The notes beneath the pieces are model-generated. The model had not been told where the DNA came from and searched no databases. It was given only the letters and a program-made list of their open reading frames with translations. From contig CAZREI010000003.1 in NCBI GenBank assembly GCA_964599285.1, positions 3,595 through 67,594 of the forward strand: a stretch of DNA of 64,000 nt, given 5' to 3'. Positions within the stretch are counted from its first letter, which is position 1, and every line of letters starts with the position of its first letter. The DNA comes from an uncultured Candidatus Saccharibacteria bacterium. Its GTDB lineage: Bacteria > Patescibacteriota > Minisyncoccia > Minisyncoccales > Staskawiczbacteraceae. This document shows positions 1 to 8,307 of the stretch, one piece after another. A program made the position numbers and the translations under genes.

Positions 1-1
1 G

Positions 2-61
2 AAAGAAAACGTGATTATTGGAAAAATTATTCCGGTGGGAACTGGCTTTCACAAAAAATAA
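2..61 (+). CDS. rpoC: RNA polymerase beta' subunit, extreme C-terminus (5' part outside window)
   Basis: Frame 2 reads KENVIIGKIIPVGTGFHKK*. The VIxGxxIPxGTG ending is typical of the bacterial RpoC C-terminus. Only 19 codons are visible. Confidence 0.5.
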   Translation, partial: KENVIIGKIIPVGTGFHKK

Positions 62-120
62 TCGGCTGATTATTTTCGCTAAACTGACGCGAAATAATAC
101 GCTAAACAGACGCGAAAAAC

Positions 121-150
121 GGCGGCGGGCAAAAAGCCCGCCGCCGCTTT
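121..150 (+). terminator. GC-rich hairpin terminator after rpoC
   Basis: GGCGGCGGGC-AAAAA-GCCCGCCGCC forms a perfect 10-bp stem, followed by GCTTTCGTT. Confidence 0.55.
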
Positions 151-172
151 CGTTGAGTCATTTTCCATTTGA

Positions 173-210
173 TATAGAGTAAAAAAGAAACGTTTCTTTT
201 TTACTCTATA
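173..210. repeat. P38 palindrome, copy 1
   Basis: TATAGAGTAAAAAAGAAACGTTTCTTTTTTACTCTATA is a perfect 38-bp palindrome. Near-identical copies lie at 55957, 57004 and 57613. Confidence 0.9.
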
Positions 211-239
211 GCGGGAAAACCAGTAATTCTATTTGCATC

Positions 240-266
240 GTCATTGCGAGCGAAGCGCGGCAATCC
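240..266 (+). repeat. CAT-core repeat (GTCATTGCGAG..GCAATC), copy 1
   Basis: GTCATTGCGAGCGAAGCGCGGCAATCC. The termini ATTGC/GCAAT are complementary, and the family recurs at least 12 times in the window. Confidence 0.85.
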
Positions 267-386
267 AGTTTTTAAAAATCCGTGAACTGAAACTATTTAC
301 ATTACTAAATTAATATGATATTCTGTATTTAGTTCTAAGCACCCAAACTCGTAGGCAGCTATGCCTTAAAATAGCAGGAGTACAGA

Positions 387-785
387 ATGCACAACATCTA
401 TAACCTCGAAAGAATCATTAAGGAATTCGCACGCCTTACTGGTAAGGACTTACCATCTGCTACTGGGCAGATTGAGGACATTCTTGATTATCTGCTCTTT
501 AATCACCCGCACGACAGTCGTCCAGGGAGCGAGGATCATTTTCGTCTCTCGGGTACTTACGAACGGCTTGCCGAATACAATCGGAAAACTGTGAACGAGG
601 ATGAGCAGCTTGCTCGGTACTTCCGAATTGCTACGAGCATAGGAAGCCACATCGTTAGCAAAGGACTGTGGATTGAGCTAGAACGGCTCCGGGGGATCGA
701 AAATGGGAGTTTGCAAGAAATTCCTGCCAAGGTTCTGAGAGCATATCTCTCGGCAAAGCACTCGCATAAGAACGATATCGTCTAG
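387..785 (+). CDS. hypothetical protein (132 aa)
   Basis: The ORF has GGAG 8 nt upstream of the ATG and a hairpin terminator directly downstream. It looks more G+C-rich than its neighbours by eye. I recognise no motif. Confidence 0.55.
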   Translation: MHNIYNLERIIKEFARLTGKDLPSATGQIEDILDYLLFNHPHDSRPGSEDHFRLSGTYERLAEYNRKTVNEDEQLARYFRIATSIGSHIVSKGLWIELERLRGIENGSLQEIPAKVLRAYLSAKHSHKNDIV

Positions 786-795
786 TTTTTGTCAG

Positions 796-836
796 GTCCT
801 GCGATTACAACTTCGGTTGTGTCGCAGGGCTTTTTT
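796..836 (+). terminator. rho-independent terminator
   Basis: An imperfect stem GTCCTGCGA..ACAAC / GTTGT..TCGCAGGGC with loop TTCG is followed by TTTTTT. Confidence 0.6.
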
Positions 837-890
837 ATTTGGAAAATTTGCATAAATGGATTAAGAAGTGATACAATTTAATAAACAATA

Positions 891-1337
891 ATGCCTGCTA
901 TGATCAAATTTTCAAAGGATAACATAAAGGAATTTAAGAAAATGGATATTCTGGCCATCTATCTTTTTGGTTCCATGGCTACCAATAAATATATTCACGA
1001 CCGTTCGGATTTTGATTTTGGCGTTGTTCTGGAAAACGCAAAAGACCTTAAAGAAAATACTTTGGATATTTATAATGAACTTTATGATATTATCATTAAA
1101 AAACTTCCCAAAGAATATTTAAAAAAACGCTTTGCGTTGAAAGCGCATGAAATGGATATTGTCTTCTTGCAGCAAGCTCCAATTAGTTTTCAGGCTCAAG
1201 CAATGCAGGATGGAAAACTTTTATATGCAAGCGATAAAGATAAACTTGATGCTTACCGAGATTATGTTTTAGAGCAGTACTGTGACCTGCAATATGTTTA
1301 TAAAATAGCGCATTATGCTTTATTAGAAAGACTATGA
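891..1337 (+). CDS. nucleotidyltransferase-domain antitoxin (MntA-like, type VII TA)
   Basis: The minimal NTase signature LFGS..x12..DFDFGVV (GS...DxD) is present. The gene overlaps the downstream HEPN/DUF86 gene by 4 bp (ATGA). Confidence 0.75.
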   Translation: MPAMIKFSKDNIKEFKKMDILAIYLFGSMATNKYIHDRSDFDFGVVLENAKDLKENTLDIYNELYDIIIKKLPKEYLKKRFALKAHEMDIVFLQQAPISFQAQAMQDGKLLYASDKDKLDAYRDYVLEQYCDLQYVYKIAHYALLERL

Positions 1338-1762
1338 AATTAGATATCAACAAGAAAACCATTGAGGAAAAAATGAAGCGCATAGAATTGCATTTAAGAC
1401 GGCTTGAAGAATTAAAGTCTCTTTCTGGGTTACAAATGGCCGATGACAAAAATTTTGCTTACGCGTCATGGAATCTACGCGGTGCGCTGGAATCGGTTTT
1501 TGGTATTTGCACCCACGTTTTATCAAGGATTCCGGGTGTGAAAATTGATGAATATAAGCAAATGGCTATTGATATGGGTAAGGAGGGAATTGTGCCCATG
1601 GATTTTGCGGAAGATCGTTTAGTAAAAATGGCCAAGTATCGGAATCGCCTGACGCATTTTTATTTTGAAGTTACCCCGGAAGAAATGCATGGCATTATCC
1701 AAAATAATTTGGGGGATTTTGATATTTTTATGAAATCTATTAAAAAATTATTGGAAGATTAA
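1334..1762 (+). CDS. HepT-like HEPN (DUF86) toxin
   Basis: The Rx4HxY motif is present as RNRLTHFY near the C-terminus. Size and pairing with an upstream NTase gene fit the family. Confidence 0.75.
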   Translation: MKLDINKKTIEEKMKRIELHLRRLEELKSLSGLQMADDKNFAYASWNLRGALESVFGICTHVLSRIPGVKIDEYKQMAIDMGKEGIVPMDFAEDRLVKMAKYRNRLTHFYFEVTPEEMHGIIQNNLGDFDIFMKSIKKLLED

Positions 1763-1763
1763 T

Positions 1764-3989
1764 ATGGCAAAAAATGGGAAGCCTCAAAAAGAAAACGGCA
1801 AAAACGGTAGCCAAAAAGATAAAAAGAAGGAATATCTTTTGACTTTGCGCACTAAAAAGTGGATCAAGGGCACACTGATGTTTTTGGTGGCAATCATCAT
1901 TGCCCTTTCTTTTTTGGATAAGGCTGGGCTGGCAGGGCAGTGGCTGGTGTGGCTACTCAAAAACTTGCTGGGCGATTCGCGCATTACCATTACCACCATT
2001 ATTTTGTCGCTGTTTGCCGCCGGATTTGTAACCGTAAAAGCGCATCATAAAAAAGTAAAAGTGTTAGCGATTGTGCTGGGGGTTTGTATTGCGGTGGTAG
2101 GGGTATCAGGCATTTCTTCAAACCAAAATTTAAACATGGCTCACACCGGCTTGGTGGGCTGGGCGGCCAAACTGCTGGTCAACGGCTTTGGGCTTTTAGT
2201 TTCCAATATTATTTTCGGGGCGATTATGCTGATTGCCCTGTTTATTTTCTTGCAATTTATCTGGCACGAATTTCCTCCCGAAGAAGCCGAAAAAAAACTG
2301 GCGCCGATGCTCAAAAGTTCCGATGCGCCCAATTTCAGGATAAAAGGAGTGGAAGAGCCAAAACCCGAACAAAAACTGCCGGCCAAAGTGTCGCTGTTTA
2401 AAAATCCTATGGGAAACCAAAAGCAAAATGTGCCGGTGGTGGTTAATGCTTCTCAGCCGACCCAAAAAGGTAAATATGCTCTGCCGCCCATTGACCTGTT
2501 AAACAAAAACGAAACGGCGCCAACCAGCGGCAACATTAAAGAAAATTCGCTGATCATTAAAAAAACGTTGGAAAATTTTGGCATCCCCGTGGAAATGGCG
2601 GAAGTCAACGTTGGTCCGGCCGTAACCCAATATGCTTTCAAACCGGCTGAAGGCGTCAAGCTTTCAAAAATCACCACGCTGTCAAATAATTTGGCGCTGG
2701 CGCTGGCGGCTCACCCCATAAGAATAGAAGCGCCCATTCCCGGCAAGTCACTGGTAGGAATTGAAGTGCCCAATAAAGTGCGAGCCACGGTGGTTTTGCG
2801 TAATTTAATTACCGACGGCGCCTACCAAAACGATCCGGCTAATTTATTAATCGCCCTTGGCAAAGATGTTTCCGGAAACCCCATTTACACCGACTTAGCC
2901 GAAATGCCTCACATGCTGGTGGCTGGCGCAACCGGAACCGGTAAAACCATCTTTTTAAACTCGCTCATTTTAAGTTTGCTGTACAAAAGTACGCCGGAAA
3001 ACTTGCGCATGATTATGGTGGACCCCAAGCGCGTGGAATTTCAAAATTACAACGACATTCCGCATTTGCTATGTCCGGTCATTTACGACGCGCCAAAAAC
3101 CATTAACGCTTTGCAGTGGCTGGCGCGCGAAATGGAACGGCGCTTTGAGGTATTTTCAGAAATTCCTACGCGTAACATTAAAAGTTACAATTCCAATAAA
3201 TCGGTCATTGCCTCCGGTTCGCAGTTGCCTTACATTGTGCTGGTAGTTGACGAACTGGCCGACTTGATGGCCGCCAAAGGCAAGGAACTGGAAGCCGGCA
3301 TTGTAAGGCTGGCGCAGATGGCTCGGGCCACCGGAATCCACTTGGTGCTGGCAACACAAAGGCCATCGGTGGAAGTCATCACGGGATTGATCAAGGCCAA
3401 CATCAGCTCGCGTATTAGTTTTCAGGTGGCATCGCAAATTGACTCGCGCACGGTTATTGATACGTCGGGCGCGGAAAAGCTTTTGGGCATGGGAGATATG
3501 CTGTTTTTGTCTTCCAAGAGTTCCAAAATTACCCGTATCCAAGGTCCGTACATTTCTGAAAAAGAAGTTAAAAAAGTTACCGACTGGTCAGCCGAGCAGG
3601 CAAAGGTAGTGGAGGATCCCCAATCAATGCTCATTGCCAGCTTAAAAGATTCCCTGGAAGCACAGCAACAAGGTGATGAAAAATCAGGTGGAGCCGATGT
3701 GTTTTTTGGCGACGACGATCCGTTATTTGAAGATGTAAAAAGGATTGTGCTAGAAACCAAAAAAGCATCGGCGTCGTTTTTACAAAGAAGATTGCGCATC
3801 GGCTATTCGCGAGCCGCGCGCCTCATTGACATGCTGGAAGATAAAGGATTTGTCGGCCCGGCCGATGGCGCCAAACCTAGGGAAGTATACGAAACTCCAA
3901 CCCAAGCAAGGACAGCAGATTTGTCAGGCGGCACGGGAATGGACGAGTCGGAGGAGGTACCGAAGGAGGAAGGGTGGGAGAAAGTGTAG
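1764..3989 (+). CDS. ftsK: DNA translocase FtsK/SpoIIIE
   Basis: N-terminal TM helices are followed by Walker A GATGTGKT, VVDELADLM (Walker B) and a C-terminal gamma winged helix (FLQRRLRIGYSRAARLIDMLE). Confidence 0.95.
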   Translation: MAKNGKPQKENGKNGSQKDKKKEYLLTLRTKKWIKGTLMFLVAIIIALSFLDKAGLAGQWLVWLLKNLLGDSRITITTIILSLFAAGFVTVKAHHKKVKVLAIVLGVCIAVVGVSGISSNQNLNMAHTGLVGWAAKLLVNGFGLLVSNIIFGAIMLIALFIFLQFIWHEFPPEEAEKKLAPMLKSSDAPNFRIKGVEEPKPEQKLPAKVSLFKNPMGNQKQNVPVVVNASQPTQKGKYALPPIDLLNKNETAPTSGNIKENSLIIKKTLENFGIPVEMAEVNVGPAVTQYAFKPAEGVKLSKITTLSNNLALALAAHPIRIEAPIPGKSLVGIEVPNKVRATVVLRNLITDGAYQNDPANLLIALGKDVSGNPIYTDLAEMPHMLVAGATGTGKTIFLNSLILSLLYKSTPENLRMIMVDPKRVEFQNYNDIPHLLCPVIYDAPKTINALQWLAREMERRFEVFSEIPTRNIKSYNSNKSVIASGSQLPYIVLVVDELADLMAAKGKELEAGIVRLAQMARATGIHLVLATQRPSVEVITGLIKANISSRISFQVASQIDSRTVIDTSGAEKLLGMGDMLFLSSKSSKITRIQGPYISEKEVKKVTDWSAEQAKVVEDPQSMLIASLKDSLEAQQQGDEKSGGADVFFGDDDPLFEDVKRIVLETKKASASFLQRRLRIGYSRAARLIDMLEDKGFVGPADGAKPREVYETPTQARTADLSGGTGMDESEEVPKEEGWEKV

Positions 3990-4013
3990 CCGCGCGCGCC
4001 GCGGCGCGCGCGG
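3990..4013. terminator. 24-bp perfect GC palindrome directly after the ftsK stop
   Basis: CCGCGCGCGCCGCGGCGCGCGCGG equals its own reverse complement. No T-tract follows, so terminator function is uncertain. Confidence 0.35.
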
Positions 4014-4051
4014 AATTCCCAAATCCCAATTTCCAATTTCCATCCCGCGCC

Positions 4052-4114
4052 GTCATTGCGGCCAGCTGAGCTGGCCAGACCCGCTAAGCGGGTCTGGCCG
4101 AAGAGCGGCAATCT
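4052..4114 (+). repeat. CAT-core repeat, long variant with internal hairpins
   Basis: GTCATTGCG...GCGGCAATCT encloses GGCCAGCTGAGCTGGCC and GGCCAGACCCGCTAAGCGGGTCTGGCC. It is preceded by CCAATTTCC word repeats (4017..4045). Confidence 0.8.
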
Positions 4115-4505
4115 TAAAATATGGAAAACAGTATCATTCCAAGCGAGAGGATAGTCAATAAAATATACATCATTCGTGGTAGAAAGGTTATGATCGATCG
4201 CGATCTATCCGAGCTTTATGGAGTTAAGACAAAAGTTTTGAATCAGGCGGTAAAAAGAAATATGAAACGGTTTCCTGAAGATTTTATGTTTAAGCTTGAT
4301 AAAGCAGAGTCTAAAAACTTGAGGTCACAAATTGTGACTTCAAGTTGGGGTGGTACAAGGAAAGAAATATTTGTCTTTACTGAGCAAGGCGTGGCGATGC
4401 TATCAAGTGTGCTCAATAGTGACCGTGCAATACAAGTGAACATTCAAATTATCAGGACGTTTACCAAAGTCAGAGAATTATTAGCTACCAACGAAGCCTT
4501 ATATA

Positions 4506-4674
4506 CTTTGAATTACGAAATGCTTTTTGAAAGGCGGGTTTCGGGTCTTTTCTCCAAATTTTGGCTATAAATTCGCTATAAATATTTTACGTAGCTTGCT
4601 ACGTAAAATATTTCTATCAAATTTCTATCTCAAAATTTGAAGAAAATACCTCGAAAGCATTTCGTAATTCAAAG
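4506..4674 (+). mobile_element. LH (long-hairpin, MITE-like) element, copy A
   Basis: Perfect 18-bp terminal inverted repeats CTTTGAATTACGAAATGC / GCATTTCGTAATTCAAAG. It carries the conserved core TTGGCTATAAATTCGC..apex hairpin..TTCTATCAAATTTCTATCTCAAAA. It has no coding capacity. Confidence 0.8.
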
Positions 4675-4766
4675 TTAGAAAGATAATGGAAATGGAAAAA
4701 AGGTACGACAGTAGTATTAAGGATATCTTTAATAAGCTGGGACTTTTGCAGTCAGATAAAAAGAAA

Positions 4767-4790
4767 CCTAAAAATAAAATAGGATTTTAA
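4767..4790 (+). repeat. 24-bp direct repeat, left copy (3' end of ORF6N including the stop codon)
   Basis: CCTAAAAATAAAATAGGATTTTAA recurs as CCCAAAAATAAAATAGGATTTTAA at 6594..6617 (23/24 identical). Confidence 0.85.
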
Positions 4791-4806
4791 TAATATAGAA
4801 AAGATT

Positions 4807-6558
4807 ATGCCAGGAGAACCAAGCGAACAGTTTAATCAAGATCGGGAGCCTGATGCAAAAATTGTTCCAGATGAAATTAAATTGTCAAAAGGACGCAATA
4901 CACAGATCATCAAACCAGAAGAGATGCAAGCAGAGATGGAAATACCCTATTCTGCTGAAGGTCGTAGTGAAGTGCGCGAAGAAGACTTATCTCCAGAGAT
5001 TATTGAAAAGATAATGGGAAAAGTTCAAGATATTGATGAGTATGGGACGGCTTACCATGTGATGACTAGTGCAGAAGATTTGCCTGGTTTTAGTAGAGAT
5101 AGAGACGAGAGGCCATGGAAAGAACGTCTGGAGGACATTTTAAAACATGGTTTACTTGGCACTGTTCACGAAAGAACAGGTACGGTTAGTAAGGTTAATT
5201 CGGAGAAATGGGTACGAGGTGTCAAGAAGGAAAAACGGGGAGAGGTGATGTTCAATATTATTGGACGAGAATTTCACGAAAGTGATTTGAGCGAAAGAGA
5301 ACGTGAAGATGAGCGCAAAGCAGGAAAAACGTGGATTGAGACAGGAACTTTTATGTGGCAAGATAGTAATAAGATTGCTATTATTTTTGATGTATCAAAA
5401 TTTAAAGAAGTTGAACCAAGAAAAGGAGAAGATTTCAAATTACCAAAACCAAAAACATTTCATGTCGATTCTAAAAAAACAAAAATGAATGAAAGAGGAG
5501 AATTAATGGCCCAATCTGATTATGGCTTTTCGCTTTATCCTCGGGTTGCGCCCAAATTATTTAAAGGATTAGTTTTTAAAGCTACGCGTAAGTATAGCGA
5601 AAAAGAAAGAGAAAAATATTTAAAAACCTGGGGCGACACTCCTAATCATAGATATGCTTTGGAAATGGCCCAAGTAGAAGAAGATGATCCTCAAAAGTTA
5701 GAAGAAAGGGCTGAAGAAATAGTTTTATTAATGAAAAAAGTTTATGAAAATAAACCAGATATTCTGATTCCTGTTTACGATGTTCGTGGTAACTTATATT
5801 GGCCTGAAAAGTTAAGTCACACAGAAATACAAAAATTGAAGTCAAAACCAATTGATACTGCCGATAATTTAAAACAGGAAAAGAAAGAAAGGTATAGTCG
5901 TACAGTTCTTGAAATTGGGTCCGGCTCACTGAAGACACCTTGGCTGGAAGATAGAAATCTTAACGATTATGCTACTGCCCATATTATTTGTACCGATATA
6001 CAACACAAAACTATAAAAGATGCCGCGAAAGAAACTGATAAAAAATTAAAAGAATTAGGCAATAAATTTATTGGCAAATTTGACTACATGGCTGCTGATG
6101 GAAAACATCTTCCATTTGACGAAAATTCAATGGATGAAATATACTTAGCAAATGTTTTGGGAGATCCAAAAACTGCCGAAAAACAAAAAATTATTAGTGA
6201 AGCCACAAGAGTTCTTGCCATTAATGGAGATCTTATTATTGTGGAGTGGGCGACCCCCGAGTATGCAATCGGTGTTCGTAGTTCGGATATTCACAAGGAG
6301 ACAGTTTGGAAAAATGCCTTAGGTTCATTTGTTGATCAATTAAAGAAGATGGGCTTGAAGGTAAAAACGATAGAATCACCAGATTATAGATCTGATTTAT
6401 CCATGAGAGGAGTTATGGAACCAGAGAAACTTAAAGAGATATTTAATAAGAGAGAAGAATATCTTAGTAATTTTCCTTACACCAAAAAGTTTATTGGTGG
6501 CTTAGGAATACCAGAAGTAGCTGAGGCACACCCCTTTATCCTTGTGCTTAAAAAGTAA
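4807..6558 (+). CDS. 583-aa protein: unknown charged N-terminal region plus C-terminal class I SAM-dependent methyltransferase fold
   Basis: The C-terminal third carries VLEIGSGS (motif I-like), an acidic loop ICTD, and DGKHLPFDENSMDEIYLANVL..VLAINGDLIIVEW (Methyltransf_11-like). I did not recognise the N-terminal roughly 370 aa. Confidence 0.6.
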   Translation: MPGEPSEQFNQDREPDAKIVPDEIKLSKGRNTQIIKPEEMQAEMEIPYSAEGRSEVREEDLSPEIIEKIMGKVQDIDEYGTAYHVMTSAEDLPGFSRDRDERPWKERLEDILKHGLLGTVHERTGTVSKVNSEKWVRGVKKEKRGEVMFNIIGREFHESDLSEREREDERKAGKTWIETGTFMWQDSNKIAIIFDVSKFKEVEPRKGEDFKLPKPKTFHVDSKKTKMNERGELMAQSDYGFSLYPRVAPKLFKGLVFKATRKYSEKEREKYLKTWGDTPNHRYALEMAQVEEDDPQKLEERAEEIVLLMKKVYENKPDILIPVYDVRGNLYWPEKLSHTEIQKLKSKPIDTADNLKQEKKERYSRTVLEIGSGSLKTPWLEDRNLNDYATAHIICTDIQHKTIKDAAKETDKKLKELGNKFIGKFDYMAADGKHLPFDENSMDEIYLANVLGDPKTAEKQKIISEATRVLAINGDLIIVEWATPEYAIGVRSSDIHKETVWKNALGSFVDQLKKMGLKVKTIESPDYRSDLSMRGVMEPEKLKEIFNKREEYLSNFPYTKKFIGGLGIPEVAEAHPFILVLKK

Positions 6559-6593
6559 GTATTAAAAATAAAAAAACAACATGGATCAGAAAG

Positions 6594-6617
6594 CCCAAAA
6601 ATAAAATAGGATTTTAA
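6594..6617 (+). repeat. 24-bp direct repeat, right copy (orphan ORF6N 3' end)
   Basis: It reads ..RKPKNKIGF* in frame, but no ORF6N body lies upstream (a stop occurs 15 codons before). Confidence 0.85.
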
Positions 6618-6620
6618 AAC

Positions 6621-6740
6621 ATGAAAATGGAATTTAATAAAGTAACGTGGTATTCTATAACCCTGGCAATTGTTTTGTATGTGGCAACATTTTGTATTGC
6701 TTTTTATTTGGGCGCACAGTTTGGAATAAATTTAAAATAA
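6621..6740 (+). CDS. possible 39-aa single-TM peptide
   Basis: MKMEFNKVTWYSITLAIVLYVATFCIAFYLGAQFGINLK* has one clear hydrophobic helix. It is too short to be in the ORF track, and no strong RBS is visible. Confidence 0.3.
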   Translation: MKMEFNKVTWYSITLAIVLYVATFCIAFYLGAQFGINLK

Positions 6741-6762
6741 AATATTTTTTACTTAAAAAGTT

Positions 6763-7038
6763 ATGGCAAAGGGGAAAATACTATTAGCTTCTGATGATGC
6801 TCAAAAAATCCAAGATGAGATTTTTAAGAAAATGGGTTTTCAAAATAAAATGAAAATATTTTTTAAAATTAACAATAGAGTTTTTAATATGGCTGTTGAT
6901 AAAATAAAATTTCAATATCCTAATCTTGATCACATATCTTTTTCAAGAAAGCTTTATAGCCACATTGGTTTAAAAAGAGAATATTACGATAATTTGTTCA
7001 ACAAATTTTTACAAGAAGAATTAAAAAATAATCATTAA
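6763..7038 (+). CDS. hypothetical protein (91 aa)
   Basis: An AT-rich, lysine-rich ORF only. I recognise no motif. Confidence 0.45.
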   Translation: MAKGKILLASDDAQKIQDEIFKKMGFQNKMKIFFKINNRVFNMAVDKIKFQYPNLDHISFSRKLYSHIGLKREYYDNLFNKFLQEELKNNH

Positions 7039-7044
7039 ACACTT

Positions 7045-7072
7045 ATTCCAACATTCTTGAGAACATTGGAAT
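7045..7072. promoter_or_regulatory. 28-bp imperfect palindrome between the 91-aa ORF and recA (operator or terminator)
   Basis: In ATTCCAACATTCTTGAGAACATTGGAAT, 7+4 bp pair around a symmetric CA/CA mismatch. It ends 12 nt before the recA ATG. Confidence 0.3.
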
Positions 7073-7083
7073 AGGGAAACATT

Positions 7084-8127
7084 ATGGCAAAAGAAAAAAA
7101 AGGACCTGCCGTCGCTAAAGCTATGGCGGGCGAGGGAAAAAAGGAAAACAAGGCGTTAAATTCTGCTATTGACGATATCAAGGCTCGGTTTGGCGAGGGG
7201 GCTATTATGAAACTTTCCGAAACCAACAAAGTCAACGTGGACGCCATTCCTACCGGATCTATTGCCATGGATGCGGCGCTTGGGGTGGGCGGAATGCCGC
7301 GAGGCCGAATTATTGAAATTTACGGAGCGGAAAGTTCCGGAAAAACTACGTTGTCTTTGCATATTGTATCTGAAGCCCAAAAAAAGGGAGGCGTGTGTGC
7401 TTACATCGACGCGGAGCACGCCATGGACCCGGACTATGCCAAACGCCTTGGCGTCAACACCGATGAACTGTTAATTTCCCAGCCAGATTCGGGCGAGCAT
7501 GCTTTGCAAATTGTGGAGACATTAGTTAATACCAAAAATGTGGATGTGATTGTGGTGGATTCGGTGGCGGCGCTAACTCCCCAGCGGGAAATAGAAGGCG
7601 AAATTGGTGACCAACACATGGGATTGCAGGCGCGCATGATGTCGCAGGCTTGTCGTAAATTATCGGCCATTGCCGCCAAGTCAAACACGATGATTATTTT
7701 TATCAACCAGACGCGCATGAAAATTGGCATGGTTTTTGGGAACCCAGAAACGACGCCCGGGGGATTGGCATTAAAATTTTATGCTTCTGTCAGGGTAAAC
7801 TTAGCTCGGACGGCGCAGATAAAATCGGGAGATGAAATTATTGGCAACCGAGTGAAAGCCAAGGTGGTCAAAAACAAAGTGGCCGCACCCTTTAGGATTG
7901 CCGAGTTTGATATTTATTATAACGAGGGAATTTCAAAGTCGGGAGACGCGCTGCGGGCGGGATTGGCCAGTGGTGCAATTAAGCAAAACGGCAACACTTT
8001 TATGTTTGGCGGCGAAAAAATGGGCGTGGGGACCGAAGTGGCAAAGCAATATTTAAAAGAGCATCCCGAAACCATAGAAAAAATAAAAGTATCTGCTGTT
8101 GCCGGCACGGCGGTGGAGGAGTCATAA
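7084..8127 (+). CDS. recA: recombinase RecA
   Basis: Carries GPESSGKTT-type Walker A (GAESSGKTT), IVVDSVAAL, and the loop L2 region [22 protein letters not shown]. Confidence 0.97.
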   Translation: MAKEKKGPAVAKAMAGEGKKENKALNSAIDDIKARFGEGAIMKLSETNKVNVDAIPTGSIAMDAALGVGGMPRGRIIEIYGAESSGKTTLSLHIVSEAQKKGGVCAYIDAEHAMDPDYAKRLGVNTDELLISQPDSGEHALQIVETLVNTKNVDVIVVDSVAALTPQREIEGEIGDQHMGLQARMMSQACRKLSAIAAKSNTMIIFINQTRMKIGMVFGNPETTPGGLALKFYASVRVNLARTAQIKSGDEIIGNRVKAKVVKNKVAAPFRIAEFDIYYNEGISKSGDALRAGLASGAIKQNGNTFMFGGEKMGVGTEVAKQYLKEHPETIEKIKVSAVAGTAVEES

Positions 8128-8129
8128 CT

Positions 8130-8307
8130 TTACCGTGAATTACGAAATGGATATATAGGAAACATATTTCTTGTCTTTTCCCCAATTTTTGGCTATAAAT
8201 TCGCAATAATTTTTATGCTTATGCGTGGCTAAGCATAAAAATTCTATCGAATTTCTATCTCAAAAATTGGGAAAAATCCAAAGAAACCATTTAGTAATTC
8301 ACGGTAA
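8130..8307 (+). mobile_element. LH element, copy B
   Basis: TIR TTACCGTGAATTACGAAATGG / CCATTTAGTAATTCACGGTAA (1 mismatch). It has the same core as copy A with apex hairpin variant TTTTTATGCTTATGCGTGGCTAAGCATAAAAA. It starts 3 nt after the recA stop. Confidence 0.8.

Larger units (their letters stand above)
4121..4790 (+). pseudogene. ORF6N/KilA-N-type DNA-binding protein, interrupted by LH element copy A
   Basis: The N-terminal 128 aa match the ORF6N pattern (IRGxKVMxDxDLAELYGV..RNxxRFPEDFMF..WGG..FTEQGVAMLSSVL). The reading frame runs into the repeat and stops at 4570. The typical C-terminus ..KPKNKIGF* lies in another frame at 4675..4790. Deleting 4506..4674 (169 bp) joins the two parts in frame. 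Confidence 0.75.

Noticed and set aside
62-120. A tandem-like 22-bp repeat CGCTAAAC(T/A)GACGCGAAA occurring twice downstream of rpoC.
   Set aside because: There are only two units with no recurrence elsewhere in the window and no obvious structure. It is probably a local duplication next to the terminator.
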